This document shows positions 1 through 8,115 of a DNA stretch of 60,381 nucleotides, piece after piece. The stretch spans positions 1 through 60,381 of the IMG/VR virus record IMGVR_UViG_3300037235_000083. One strand, 5' to 3'. Under the pieces are notes generated by a model. It worked only from the letters and a program-made list of their open reading frames with translations. It had not been told where the DNA came from and ran no database searches. Origin of the DNA: a virus (taxonomy: Duplodnaviria; Caudoviricetes). A program made the translations under genes and the position numbers. Within the stretch, counting starts at the first letter, position 1, and every line of letters begins with the position of its first letter.

Positions 1-127
1 CAGGCTCCGGTAGGACGGTTAAGCCTCTGGTTACAGCTTGGCGTGCCGCGCCGATGTCCCAAACGATGTCGGGCTCGCCGGTAGGGAACTTGTACCGGAA
101 GGTTTGCTGGATCCAGAGGACGCTCAT
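1..127 (-). CDS. hypothetical protein, 5' part only (runs off window edge)
   Basis: ATG at 127 overlaps the TGA of ORF 124-312 (ATGA coupling); frame is open to position 1 (MSVLWIQQTFRYKFPTGEPDIVW...). Confidence 0.5.
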   Translation of the reverse strand, partial: MSVLWIQQTFRYKFPTGEPDIVWDIGAARQAVTRGLTVLPEP

Positions 128-312
128 GGTTTCCTCGGTTCATTGATCCGGGTGATCGTGCCAGTGTCTAGAATGATTCCGCAGCACGTCGGGCAAACCC
201 ACTCCCCGCCCGATATCGGGATCGCGTCTTCTTCGGTCAGGATCGTTGCGCACCAATCGCACTGGCGCGGGAACGAATCGCCGCGAAGGCCATGGATCAG
301 CCCTTTGATCAT
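124..312 (-). CDS. small Zn-finger protein
   Basis: CDWC...CPTCC motifs; ATGA-coupled to both neighbours. Confidence 0.65.
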   Translation of the reverse strand: MIKGLIHGLRGDSFPRQCDWCATILTEEDAIPISGGEWVCPTCCGIILDTGTITRINEPRKP

Positions 313-530
313 GTTTTCATGTATTGCTGAAAAACGTCGTTCAGCAATTCATTCAGTTTCATTCCACGGTCGAGCGCAGTCTGTTTGAACTGACGGACAA
401 ACTCTGCCGACATGCGGAACTGCATCGGGATCAGATCCCCGGAGGGCACGACCCCGCGCTGCCTCGAGGCGCCCTTCCCTTTCGTGGCAGCGGCCAGGTC
501 CGCGTTGCTCAACGCTACAGTTTTAGCCAT
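309..530 (-). CDS. ParA partner, ribbon-helix-helix/ParG-like DNA-binding protein
   Basis: 73 aa, overlaps the end of parA; PMQFRMSAEFVRQFKQTALDRGMKLNELL fits a beta-helix-helix pattern. Confidence 0.7.
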   Translation of the reverse strand: MAKTVALSNADLAAATKGKGASRQRGVVPSGDLIPMQFRMSAEFVRQFKQTALDRGMKLNELLNDVFQQYMKT

Positions 531-1179
531 GGACGACTTCCTTTACTGGTTTGCGTTTTTCAACAAAGCATGATTTCACGTTATCCCATAAGGCCCGGAT
601 TTCCTCGGCAGCTGGGCTTTGGGCGCCAATTTCCGGCGCGGTGCGGCCGCCCGTCATGGCCACGGCGTACGGCACCCGATCGCCCAGAAAGGCCTCCGCG
701 ACTGGTCCGTGCTGGGATAGCGCCGCTACCGCCTGGGCGGTGATGGTCGCCTGGGCCTTAGCCTGCGTGATGACGAACATGAAGCGCCGACCGGACTGCT
801 TCACCCGTGCAATCGTCTCTGATACGGACCAAAGATCCGCGGGCGAAGGCCTCACCGGGATCAGGACTAGGTCAGCTACCGCTAGAACTTCGTCTGTTTG
901 ATCCGAAATCGTCGGGGCAGTGTCGATGAAGCAGTACGCCGCATCGCGTCCAGGAAGGCTCTGAACGCCTGTGGCGAGGCGCGCAAAGGCGACCTCGAGG
1001 CGTTGGGGTGTTTCATTCTCCCGGCGCTCATGCCACTGGGACAAAGTGCGCTGCTTATCGGTGTCGATGACCCAGGCCGGACCGTCCCCAGCTCGTTCGG
1101 ATTCAACGGCCAGATGAGCGGCCAGCGTGGTCTTGCCGCTGCCGCCTTTCTGGGACGTGATGACGATTGTTTTCATCAA
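523..1179 (-). CDS. parA: ParA-family partitioning ATPase (short, type Ib-like)
   Basis: Deviant Walker A KGGSGKTT, IDTDKQ (A'), FIDTAP (Walker B), ADLVLIPVRPSPADL. Confidence 0.92.
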   Translation of the reverse strand: MMKTIVITSQKGGSGKTTLAAHLAVESERAGDGPAWVIDTDKQRTLSQWHERRENETPQRLEVAFARLATGVQSLPGRDAAYCFIDTAPTISDQTDEVLAVADLVLIPVRPSPADLWSVSETIARVKQSGRRFMFVITQAKAQATITAQAVAALSQHGPVAEAFLGDRVPYAVAMTGGRTAPEIGAQSPAAEEIRALWDNVKSCFVEKRKPVKEVVHG

Positions 1180-1366
1180 AACCGCCTTTCATCCGAAGAT
1201 GAAAGCAAGTCTTAATGAAAACAGCAATGCCGTCAAGCGAAACGGATGTACAAGCCGACCGCGAGGATGATTACAGCGGCCAGCCAAACCGCGGCGCTGA
1301 CCCACCACCAAAGGTGACAGCGCATCTTGATTTGCGCGTCCGAAAGGGGAGGTTGGCGCCAGACCT

Positions 1367-1672
1367 TCACGGCCTGTTCCCTCTGATCGCGTCGCGAATC
1401 TCGCTGTACTTCTCCACGTGGCCGCACGGATTGATCCAGCTATGGACCTCCAGGCGCCGGCTGCCGTCGTAGCTCAGGGCAGCGAAGGGTTCGCCGCGCG
1501 GCCCCCCGCAGTGCAGGCACTTCCACGGCAGCGTCAGGTGCAGGATCAGGTGACCCTCGTGCTGCTCGCGCGCCGGAATGACGACGGTGCGCACGCCCCG
1601 TGCCTTCTCGATCGCCTTGTCGGTCCGGTATTGCGCCTTCAGTCGGTCAATCAACTCTCTTGCCTTGCCCAT
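1367..1672 (-). CDS. phage Zn-binding hypothetical protein
   Basis: WKCLHCGGPRGEP...WINPCGH; tightly packed in the leftward operon. Confidence 0.7.
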   Translation of the reverse strand: MGKARELIDRLKAQYRTDKAIEKARGVRTVVIPAREQHEGHLILHLTLPWKCLHCGGPRGEPFAALSYDGSRRLEVHSWINPCGHVEKYSEIRDAIRGNRP

Positions 1673-1673
1673 T

Positions 1674-1853
1674 TCAGGCTGCCCTTTTCAACAGCGCACG
1701 GCGCCGCTCGATGTTGCGGGCGATCACGCGCCCCCAGGTGTAGCGGACGTTGACCCCGTGTTTCATGGAATGCCAAGGATTGCGGGAGAGGTCGTATTCG
1801 GGGTGGAGCACGTAGTGCCAGCCGAGGTAGGCCTTGGCTTCGGCGACGGTCAT
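1674..1853 (-). CDS. hypothetical protein (59 aa, below ORF-track cutoff)
   Basis: Hand translation MTVAEAKAYLGWHYVLHPEYDL...KRAA*; fills the gap exactly, ATGA overlap upstream. Confidence 0.65.
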   Translation of the reverse strand: MTVAEAKAYLGWHYVLHPEYDLSRNPWHSMKHGVNVRYTWGRVIARNIERRRALLKRAA

Positions 1854-2042
1854 GTTTCTCGCCTATGCGCTTCTGCTCGAGCCCTTTCGAAGCCTAAGCG
1901 TGGCGCCGGTCCTTCGCCGATAGAGGCCACTCGCGTTGCCGCAGTAGCGCCGTTTTCCCACACCTCCCAAAATTTTGGGCCTAACCGCACGTAAAAACGG
2001 CCACTAGGCGTCTGGTAGGCAATCGCCGCACCGGCGCTCATT
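1850..2042 (-). CDS. hypothetical protein (start approximate)
   Basis: C-terminal part of ORF 1850-2137, likely starting MSAGAAIAY. Confidence 0.5.
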
Positions 2043-2124
2043 TGGCGACTCCCAGAATTCGAACGATCGGGCGGCTGATCAGCCAGCCGGTTGCGAGGCA
2101 AAAGGCGAAGATGATGAGCAGCAT

Positions 2125-2316
2125 TTACGCGCAGCACAGAGCGGCGAAGGTTTCGGCGTCGCCTTGCTTGGGGAACACGCGCAGCGCCGGGAGAGCTTGC
2201 CCAGCGTCGACGTCGAAGACTTCAACGCCGAAGCCGCCGCGGCAGAACGCGAAGACCGAAGCGCGAACTCCGGTTTCTTCGTTGGTCTGGGTGAAAAGCA
2301 CGGTTTCCATGGTCAC
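2125..2316 (-). CDS. hypothetical protein
   Basis: ORF coupled to the upstream gene; typical codon usage. Confidence 0.6.
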   Translation of the reverse strand: MTMETVLFTQTNEETGVRASVFAFCRGGFGVEVFDVDAGQALPALRVFPKQGDAETFAALCCA

Positions 2317-2564
2317 TGCGTCCCGAGGGTTGCGAAGGAATAGCGGCGGATCACGCCGTATCCCAGGTTGGTTTGCCCGATCTTCATCAGCTCCGAAGCG
2401 GCAAACGTCTTGCCTTCGAAAAGGACCGGACCGACTCTGCGGGCGAAGGGTTTGACCTCGCGGACGATGTAACCGGCCTCGATCTTGTAGAGGCTTCCGA
2501 CGTACGCCCCATGGTGATAGAACTCACCCAGGAACTTTTCGGCCTTGTTCGTTTTCGCTTCCAT
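2313..2564 (-). CDS. hypothetical early protein (possibly leaderless mRNA)
   Basis: ATG at 2564 (MEAKTNKA) lies 7 nt after the predicted -10 box. Confidence 0.6.
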   Translation of the reverse strand: MEAKTNKAEKFLGEFYHHGAYVGSLYKIEAGYIVREVKPFARRVGPVLFEGKTFAASELMKIGQTNLGYGVIRRYSFATLGTQ

Positions 2565-2570
2565 ACACGC

Positions 2571-2608
2571 ATGATGACACAAGTAAAGCGCTATGTCAAT
2601 CGTTCAGT
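2571..2608 (-). promoter_or_regulatory. sigma70-type promoter with conserved operator-like spacer
   Basis: TTGACA-17 nt-CATCAT on the minus strand; near copy of the 4763-4800 element. Confidence 0.7.
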
Positions 2609-2611
2609 CAA

Positions 2612-3124
2612 TCAAAAAGGCCGCTGTTTCACCTGTCCCGGTTCGTCTTCGGTGACCAGCCGCGTGTCCCAGCCCATAGGCCATTGCCGCCCTTCGGGTA
2701 GAACCCACAGGTGAAACTGGTTCGCCGTGTCGACCAAGCGCGACTCGGCCGGGTAGATTTCGACCGCCTCGCGCTCCGGTCCGCACAGCGTGTTTTTGAT
2801 CATCTGGAATTCGCGCCAGTCGTGAATCGGCTCCCGGTCGATCCGCTTGATCGATAGGTGCGTGAGCGTGACGGCGAGCGGCAGGCACGGCCAGTCGATC
2901 ATCGCGACCTGGTAGGTGTCGCTGCGGAGGACCCACTCGCGGGCCATGCGCGCCGCGGTGTCGCGCGCGTCCTGTTCGGACAGGTTCCAGGGCGCGGCCA
3001 TGAACGCGCGGTAGTCGATCTTCTCCGGCGGGTAGCGGGCCGGCTCGAACTTGAACCGGTCCGGACTCAGGCGGGCAGCCGATAGCAGCTCAAGGCGCCT
3101 TTCCACTTTGGTCGGCGGCTTCAC
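2612..3124 (-). CDS. conserved phage protein (HLSIKR...W.E.Q.IK...EAVE.YP...HLW family)
   Basis: Motif THLSIKRIDREPIHDWREFQMIKNTLCGPEREAVEIYPAESRLVDTANQFHLW; GTG start at 3124. Confidence 0.75.
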   Translation of the reverse strand: MKPPTKVERRLELLSAARLSPDRFKFEPARYPPEKIDYRAFMAAPWNLSEQDARDTAARMAREWVLRSDTYQVAMIDWPCLPLAVTLTHLSIKRIDREPIHDWREFQMIKNTLCGPEREAVEIYPAESRLVDTANQFHLWVLPEGRQWPMGWDTRLVTEDEPGQVKQRPF

Positions 3125-3414
3125 ACGTTGTCCAGTGCCGCTTGCGCGGCCAGGTCCATCGATAGCATGCAGCCAGCCGGCAGGATCCCGTTGTCGACCC
3201 AGTTCTGGCACATCGCCTCATATGCCTTGCGAAGATCCGAACCGGCCGTGCCGTCGACCGGACCGCGGGCGCCGACTCCGAACGGAATCGTGGCCACGAT
3301 GACGCCAAAGTTCATCATCGGATCGGGCTGCTTGTCCATGAACGTGATGCCCCAGTGGCCCCACTCGACCGTGCGGCCCAGGTACCTGGGGTGGGTGTGC
3401 GTCTGCGTTTTCAT
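3121..3414 (-). CDS. hypothetical protein
   Basis: SD GGAGG upstream; overlaps both neighbours by 4 nt. Confidence 0.7.
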   Translation of the reverse strand: MKTQTHTHPRYLGRTVEWGHWGITFMDKQPDPMMNFGVIVATIPFGVGARGPVDGTAGSDLRKAYEAMCQNWVDNGILPAGCMLSMDLAAQAALDNV

Positions 3415-3680
3415 TTGCCTCCTTCCTTCTTGCGTTTGCGCAAGCCGAAGATTTTGAGCCAGCAGGGCAGGGTGGTTTCCGACTGCAATCCCGGCCGGAA
3501 CTGGTTGTTCAGGTGGCGCACCCAGCCCTTGCGCGCCTCGGTGTGGCTGTCGTACACCGTCACCGTCACACCCATTTCCTCAGCCTCGGCGATGTCCTTT
3601 GCCTCAGCGGCCAGCTCGCGCTCGAGCAGCTTTTCCTGCTTGGCGATCGCGCGGGCTTCGGACTTGCTAGGGGATTTCAT
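3411..3680 (-). CDS. hypothetical protein
   Basis: Likely start MKSPSKSE after GGAG SD. Confidence 0.65.
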   Translation of the reverse strand: MKSPSKSEARAIAKQEKLLERELAAEAKDIAEAEEMGVTVTVYDSHTEARKGWVRHLNNQFRPGLQSETTLPCWLKIFGLRKRKKEGGK

Positions 3681-4018
3681 GCTGCTCCTTCCAAGGGTTG
3701 ATCGGGCGCCGGCAGCCGATCCCACCACCACCCACGGCGGTGCTCCGGTCCCAAGCGCGGCCCGCTACGACGTTCGACGAAACATTCCATCGAGCGGCGC
3801 TTCAGCTCAGCACGCATTTGATCGAGCGAATCTTCGGCGCGGCGCAGCAAACCGTGGGCGACCTCGAATTGGTAAGTCGCCGCTTTGCCGCGGCGCCGGT
3901 CTTCGCCTCCGCTCGCGGCGAACCTGGCTTGGGCTTCGGCCGCGCGCTGGCGCGCCAGACGCACCATTTCGGCCAGCTTGGGCGTGTCCCAGTATTCGAA
4001 GCGGGGCGCCTCAGTCAC
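3677..4018 (-). CDS. hypothetical helical protein
   Basis: GTG start at 4018 within ORF 3677-4162. Confidence 0.55.
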   Translation of the reverse strand: MTEAPRFEYWDTPKLAEMVRLARQRAAEAQARFAASGGEDRRRGKAATYQFEVAHGLLRRAEDSLDQMRAELKRRSMECFVERRSGPRLGPEHRRGWWWDRLPAPDQPLEGAA

Positions 4019-4020
4019 GT

Positions 4021-4221
4021 TCAGGCTCCCAGCAGGATCGCGCGGGCCATGCCCAGCGGCACGCCCAGCGATGCGAGGTAATGCGCCGCCATGAAGACGG
4101 ACACGCCCGCGGCCAGCCAGCGCGCCACGCGGGCGGCTTCGACCCAGGCTCCCAGGTTCCACATCGCTTCCAGAACGTTAGCGGCGTGCATCGAAATCCT
4201 CGCGATCTGCATCGTTGGCAA
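4021..4221 (-). CDS. small hydrophobic hypothetical protein
   Basis: Fits the operon packing. Confidence 0.5.
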   Translation of the reverse strand: MPTMQIARISMHAANVLEAMWNLGAWVEAARVARWLAAGVSVFMAAHYLASLGVPLGMARAILLGA

Positions 4222-4411
4222 AGTCGGAAATCCTGCCCTTCACAAGGCCGACGTACTGAAGCCATTCGTCGGCGGTCAAATCCTGGTCGACGAGCCACGC
4301 TCCATCCGGGTGGCGCGTGTGGGTCACTGTCTTTCCGCTGGCCAGCGTCACGTCGCGCTTGGCGGCTTCGCGGGCTCGGTTGGCCGCGATGGCATCGTTC
4401 AGAGTGGCCAT
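4178..4411 (-). CDS. hypothetical protein
   Basis: ORF in the leftward operon. Confidence 0.65.
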   Translation of the reverse strand: MATLNDAIAANRAREAAKRDVTLASGKTVTHTRHPDGAWLVDQDLTADEWLQYVGLVKGRISDFANDADREDFDARR

Positions 4412-4414
4412 CTG

Positions 4415-4723
4415 TCAGGCTCCAATGGTGGCGTAGTAGCCGGCCGCTTTGACGCGGTAGACGCACCCGGACTTCAGGACGCGAATCGCGGTGAAGGTCG
4501 GCACGGACCCGGTCATGTGGATCACGGCCTCCCGGATCACCAGCATCTTGAAATGCTTGGCGATCAGGACTTCCGTATCGATCGGGTTCTTCCAGGCCGT
4601 GCCGGGCCCGGTCTTGGGAGCGACCAGGTCGAAGGCCTTGGACAGGGCGCCCTGCGTGACTTTCTTGCCCAGAATGACGGCCGCAACCGTCTTCGAGAAA
4701 TCGGGCACTGCACTGACTGGCAT
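4415..4723 (-). CDS. hypothetical protein, first gene of leftward operon
   Basis: Strong SD AAGGAGG upstream; WKNPID...YRVKAAGYY. Confidence 0.75.
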   Translation of the reverse strand: MPVSAVPDFSKTVAAVILGKKVTQGALSKAFDLVAPKTGPGTAWKNPIDTEVLIAKHFKMLVIREAVIHMTGSVPTFTAIRVLKSGCVYRVKAAGYYATIGA

Positions 4724-4762
4724 GGGGAACCTCCTTTTTCAACGAACCCCAATCACAGACTC

Positions 4763-4800
4763 AGCGTACCGGAGGTAAAGCGGCATGTCAAGTGTTCAGT
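4763..4800 (-). promoter_or_regulatory. leftward sigma70-type early promoter
   Basis: TTGACA-17 nt-TACGCT on the minus strand. Confidence 0.75.
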
Positions 4801-4846
4801 AAAAGAAAATGACCCGGAATACCCGCTCTTTTCCTAGACATAACGC

Positions 4847-4875
4847 TTGACTTACTGATTTACCTGGGCTATGCT
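4847..4875 (+). promoter_or_regulatory. rightward sigma70-type early promoter
   Basis: TTGACT-17 nt-TATGCT at the strand switch point. Confidence 0.75.
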
Positions 4876-4911
4876 TCGTTATGTGGTGGTTGGTTCTTTC
4901 AGGAGGTTGAA

Positions 4912-4995
4912 ATGGTGGTCTTCGGTGTCGTGATGGTGGTCTTCGCGGTGGTCGTGGTCGCCGGAATGTCGGCCTCCGAATCGGTGGGATTCTGA
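4912..4995 (+). CDS. 27-aa Val-rich membrane microprotein
   Basis: AGGAGG SD then MVVFGVVMVVFAVVVVAGMSASESVGF*; next gene starts 2 nt after the stop. Confidence 0.65.
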   Translation: MVVFGVVMVVFAVVVVAGMSASESVGF

Positions 4996-4997
4996 CC

Positions 4998-5216
4998 GTG
5001 GCCAAATACATGTTCGAAATCGAAGACAGCGACGGCAACGATTCGACGCAGGAAGTCTGCGCGCTGACCTACGCCCAAGCCCGCAAACAGGCCTGCAATC
5101 GCCACGACCGCCAGCTTGGTTACGAACCGGGCGACGAGGGCAACGGGCCGATGATTGTGCGTTGCACTCTGACGCACACGACCGATCGCAATGCAGCCCA
5201 TAAGGTGGCATCGTGA
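4998..5216 (+). CDS. hypothetical protein
   Basis: Operon packing. Confidence 0.65.
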   Translation: MAKYMFEIEDSDGNDSTQEVCALTYAQARKQACNRHDRQLGYEPGDEGNGPMIVRCTLTHTTDRNAAHKVAS

Positions 5217-5419
5217 AAACCTACTACCAGAAAGTGATCGAGCCGCTTGCCCCGGGTTACGACCCGCGTCACATCGAGGCCTACATGCGCATGGGCTTCT
5301 CGACCCTGGACGGCCTGAGCGAGCGCCAGTTCCGCGCCCAGGTCGGGATCGCAAAATTCTGCGTCGACGAGGCCGGTCACGAGATGGCCGAACGCGTTGC
5401 GCAGTCCTTCGGACTCTGA
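5213..5419 (+). CDS. hypothetical protein
   Basis: DPRHIEAYMR...TLDGLS...F; GTGA coupling. Confidence 0.7.
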   Translation: MKTYYQKVIEPLAPGYDPRHIEAYMRMGFSTLDGLSERQFRAQVGIAKFCVDEAGHEMAERVAQSFGL

Positions 5420-5422
5420 CCC

Positions 5423-5707
5423 ATGCCGCTCGAACCGACCCCCGCCGATCTGAAGGCGAAAATCAACGCGATGCTGGACGCGATCGCCCCTTTGATGGCC
5501 AGCCTGTATGCGCGCTGGCAGGATGAACGCGATTACGAGGACATCGACGAGTATGCGGTCCCGATCCGCAAGCATCTCCCGGAAGGCTTCAGCCTGTCCC
5601 AGATGCATCGCCGGCCGTTCGGCTTCAGTTTTGTGTGCGTCGGCTTCGATGCGGAATACCAGTTCTCTGTCACCGCTCGCGCGGTCGGTTGGAAGCGCAA
5701 GACCTGA
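5423..5707 (+). CDS. hypothetical protein
   Basis: LYARWQDERDYEDIDEY...RPFGF phage-type motif. Confidence 0.7.
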   Translation: MPLEPTPADLKAKINAMLDAIAPLMASLYARWQDERDYEDIDEYAVPIRKHLPEGFSLSQMHRRPFGFSFVCVGFDAEYQFSVTARAVGWKRKT

Positions 5708-5723
5708 AAGGGGAAAGACCAAG

Positions 5724-6074
5724 ATGGCCAGCAAATTGAACGTGAGCGTCGACGAGTTCGTCGCCACCGCCAAGCAGGAAATCATCATGGAGTGTGTCGG
5801 AGAGCGCCCCGGCATGAAGGTAATCCCGTGGCGCACTCTCACATCGTTCGAGCAGTTACACGACTACCGAGACGCTAACGAATTCGGGGGTTTTTGCGAC
5901 GACAGCATCGCCGACGCCCTGATCGAGCACTTCGGCGGCCGCGACGCAAACGAGGGCATGCCGGACGCGATGCTCGATTTCATGAACCAGGTGCATAACG
6001 CGCTCGATGTCTGGATCCGCACCGGCGGCTTGCGTCGCGAAGTCAACGGCTGGTACGACGCGCGCGAAGTCTGA
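5724..6074 (+). CDS. hypothetical protein
   Basis: SD AGGGG; SFEQLHDYRDANEFGG motif. Confidence 0.7.
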   Translation: MASKLNVSVDEFVATAKQEIIMECVGERPGMKVIPWRTLTSFEQLHDYRDANEFGGFCDDSIADALIEHFGGRDANEGMPDAMLDFMNQVHNALDVWIRTGGLRREVNGWYDAREV

Positions 6075-7066
6075 TGCGGCACGCGTACTACAACGAAAAC
6101 GAGCCGTTCGCGGCACAATGGCTCCGGAATCTGATCACGGCTGGCCACATTTCGGCTGGCGTGGTCGATGACCGATCAATTGTGGATGTTCGATCCGATG
6201 ACCTCAAGGGCTTCGCGCAGTGCCACTTCTTCGCCGGCATCGGAGGGTGGGCCTACGCGCTCCAGCTCGCCGGCTGGCCCGTCGACCGACCTGTTTGGAC
6301 AGGCTCTTGCCCCTGTCAGCCTTTCTCGAACGCCGGCAAAGGCAATGAGTTCGCTGATGCGCGCCACTTATGGCCGGCTTGGTTCGCTCTCATCGGCGAG
6401 CGGCGCCCTTCAATCATCTTTGGTGAGCAGGTTGCAGTGCGCAAAGGGCTTGCCTGGTTCGACCATGTGGCGACTGACTTGGAAGCTGCGCACTACGCCG
6501 TCGCGGCGGCCGATCTGTGCGCTGCTGGCGCGGGAGCGCCGCATATCCGGCAACGCCTCTGGTTCGTGGCCTACGCCAGTATCGCCGCGGGAACACGATT
6601 CGGATCAGACGGCGGGGAAGTGGTACGCCTCGAAGAATCAGGCATATCTGGATTGCGTCGCGCAGCTGGCGTCCTGGCCGACACCGACGAAGGTAGACGC
6701 CATTCGAGGGGTAGAGACGAACCAAGCGCGCCTCGATCGAGGAGCGAAAACCGGAACCACGCTGAACGACGCGGCCGCCTGGGCGACGCCGAACGCGCGG
6801 GACTTCAAGGTGGGATCTTCGACGACATACCTCGAGCGCACCGGACAGAAGAAGGGCGACAGTTTGAGCAACCAGGCCGCGAGCCTTGGGCCGAAATCGA
6901 TTGGCTCGCCTGTCGGGACGGGAAAAACCGGCCAACTAAACCCGAGCTTTTCCCGCTGGCTCATGGGATTCCCGGCCGCGTGGGACGCCTGCGCGCCTAC
7001 GGCAACGCGATCGTCCCGCAAGTTGCTGCCGAATTCATCCGCGCCGTGATGGATTGCCTGCCGTGA
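6074..7066 (+). CDS. DNA (cytosine-5) methyltransferase, main (alpha) frame
   Basis: FFAGIGG (motif I), GSCPCQPFS (IV), GEQV (VI variant), HIRQRLW (VIII), YGNAIVPQVA (X). Confidence 0.92.
   Translation: MRHAYYNENEPFAAQWLRNLITAGHISAGVVDDRSIVDVRSDDLKGFAQCHFFAGIGGWAYALQLAGWPVDRPVWTGSCPCQPFSNAGKGNEFADARHLWPAWFALIGERRPSIIFGEQVAVRKGLAWFDHVATDLEAAHYAVAAADLCAAGAGAPHIRQRLWFVAYASIAAGTRFGSDGGEVVRLEESGISGLRRAAGVLADTDEGRRHSRGRDEPSAPRSRSENRNHAERRGRLGDAERAGLQGGIFDDIPRAHRTEEGRQFEQPGREPWAEIDWLACRDGKNRPTKPELFPLAHGIPGRVGRLRAYGNAIVPQVAAEFIRAVMDCLP
6168..7049 (+). CDS. nested +1-frame ORF, putative beta subunit of the methyltransferase
   Basis: 293-aa open frame inside the MTase with WPTP/WPTP/WATP repeats and LNPSFSRWLMGFP (motif IX-like); GC3-rich codons where the main frame is atypical. 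Confidence 0.75.
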   Translation: MTDQLWMFDPMTSRASRSATSSPASEGGPTRSSSPAGPSTDLFGQALAPVSLSRTPAKAMSSLMRATYGRLGSLSSASGALQSSLVSRLQCAKGLPGSTMWRLTWKLRTTPSRRPICALLARERRISGNASGSWPTPVSPREHDSDQTAGKWYASKNQAYLDCVAQLASWPTPTKVDAIRGVETNQARLDRGAKTGTTLNDAAAWATPNARDFKVGSSTTYLERTGQKKGDSLSNQAASLGPKSIGSPVGTGKTGQLNPSFSRWLMGFPAAWDACAPTATRSSRKLLPNSSAP

Positions 7067-7551
7067 TGCGCTGGAAAATCTCCTACCGCAACGATGACCG
7101 TGCCCGACCGCTGGCCGATCGGCATTACAACCGGCAGCGGATCGGCGCCCCGGGGTTCGTGCCGCCTGGCCGCTGCCTCGTGCTGCTGACCGATGATGAG
7201 CGCGCGCTGTGGGTCACATCCTGGCCGATCGCCGAGTTCGTTCAGCACGCCTGGGCGGGCGCCTGGGTCAATTCGCTGTTCCGAAAAGAGAACGGCGAGC
7301 GCGCTTCCGACCTCATCCTTGAGGCGGTTGCGGCGACCCGCTCGGTATGGACACCGCCAGCGCTAGGACTCGTCACGTTCGTCGATCCCGATGAAGTGCC
7401 AGGCGTTTGCGTTCGCGGCACCCGCGTCTTTGGCTACTGCTACCTTCGCGCCGGCTTCGAGCACGTCGGCTTCACAAAAAAGGGGTTGTGGGTCTGGCAA
7501 TTGGTTCCGGATCGCATGCCGGAACCGCAGCAGATTCCGATCCTGGTTTGA
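7066..7551 (+). CDS. conserved phage protein, possible Mom-like GNAT DNA-modifying enzyme
   Basis: LADRHYNRQ..FVPPGRCLVL..W.NSLFR..TFVDP..GYCYLRAGF; TGATG-coupled to the MTase. Function is inference. Confidence 0.6.
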   Translation: MRWKISYRNDDRARPLADRHYNRQRIGAPGFVPPGRCLVLLTDDERALWVTSWPIAEFVQHAWAGAWVNSLFRKENGERASDLILEAVAATRSVWTPPALGLVTFVDPDEVPGVCVRGTRVFGYCYLRAGFEHVGFTKKGLWVWQLVPDRMPEPQQIPILV

Positions 7552-7565
7552 AAGGCCTCTAGACA

Positions 7566-7861
7566 TGCAACTTGACTTTCAGCGTAAAATCGTCGGCGAG
7601 GCCGAAAAGGGATGCGACGTGGTTAGGAAAAAAATCAGGAAAAAGCGGGTCGAACCGTTTCCGCGGGCCATGTCGGAGGAATCGAGGAAGGCGCGCGCGG
7701 AAAAAGCCGAGTTCCGTCAGGGGATTCTTGCGCTGCGGGAAGAAGGCAAGATGACGCTGGAGGAAATCGGCGAAATGCATGGCCTGACCAAGCAGCGCGT
7801 CGGCCAGATCGTGGCGCAAGCGTTGGCGGAGCGAGCCGCGGCGCGGAAGGGCTCCACGTGA
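7566..7861 (+). CDS. HTH DNA-binding protein (sigma70 region-4-like)
   Basis: MTLEEIGEMHGLTKQRVGQIV; true start uncertain. Confidence 0.75.
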
Positions 7862-8115
7862 GCGAAGCGCCAGCCGACACCAAGTATGCCGACCTGGACG
7901 CGGCGATCGTGGCCAGAATCAGGGCTGGCGCGAAGCGCTTTCATCAGATCAACATCGAGGAAGTGCGCCTGATCGCCGGACAAGCAACCCCGAACGATAT
8001 GCGCGATCCGTACCGCGTGATCGACCGGCGCTTGCAGCACCTTCAGCACAAGCACGTGATCCAGTATTCGAGAGCGCACGGGTGGGCTGTGCTGACGCCG
8101 AAAGTGCATACGTGA
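7858..8115 (+). CDS. winged-helix-like phage protein
   Basis: LDAAIVARI...YRVIDRRLQHL...IQY..GW. Confidence 0.65.
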   Translation: MSEAPADTKYADLDAAIVARIRAGAKRFHQINIEEVRLIAGQATPNDMRDPYRVIDRRLQHLQHKHVIQYSRAHGWAVLTPKVHT

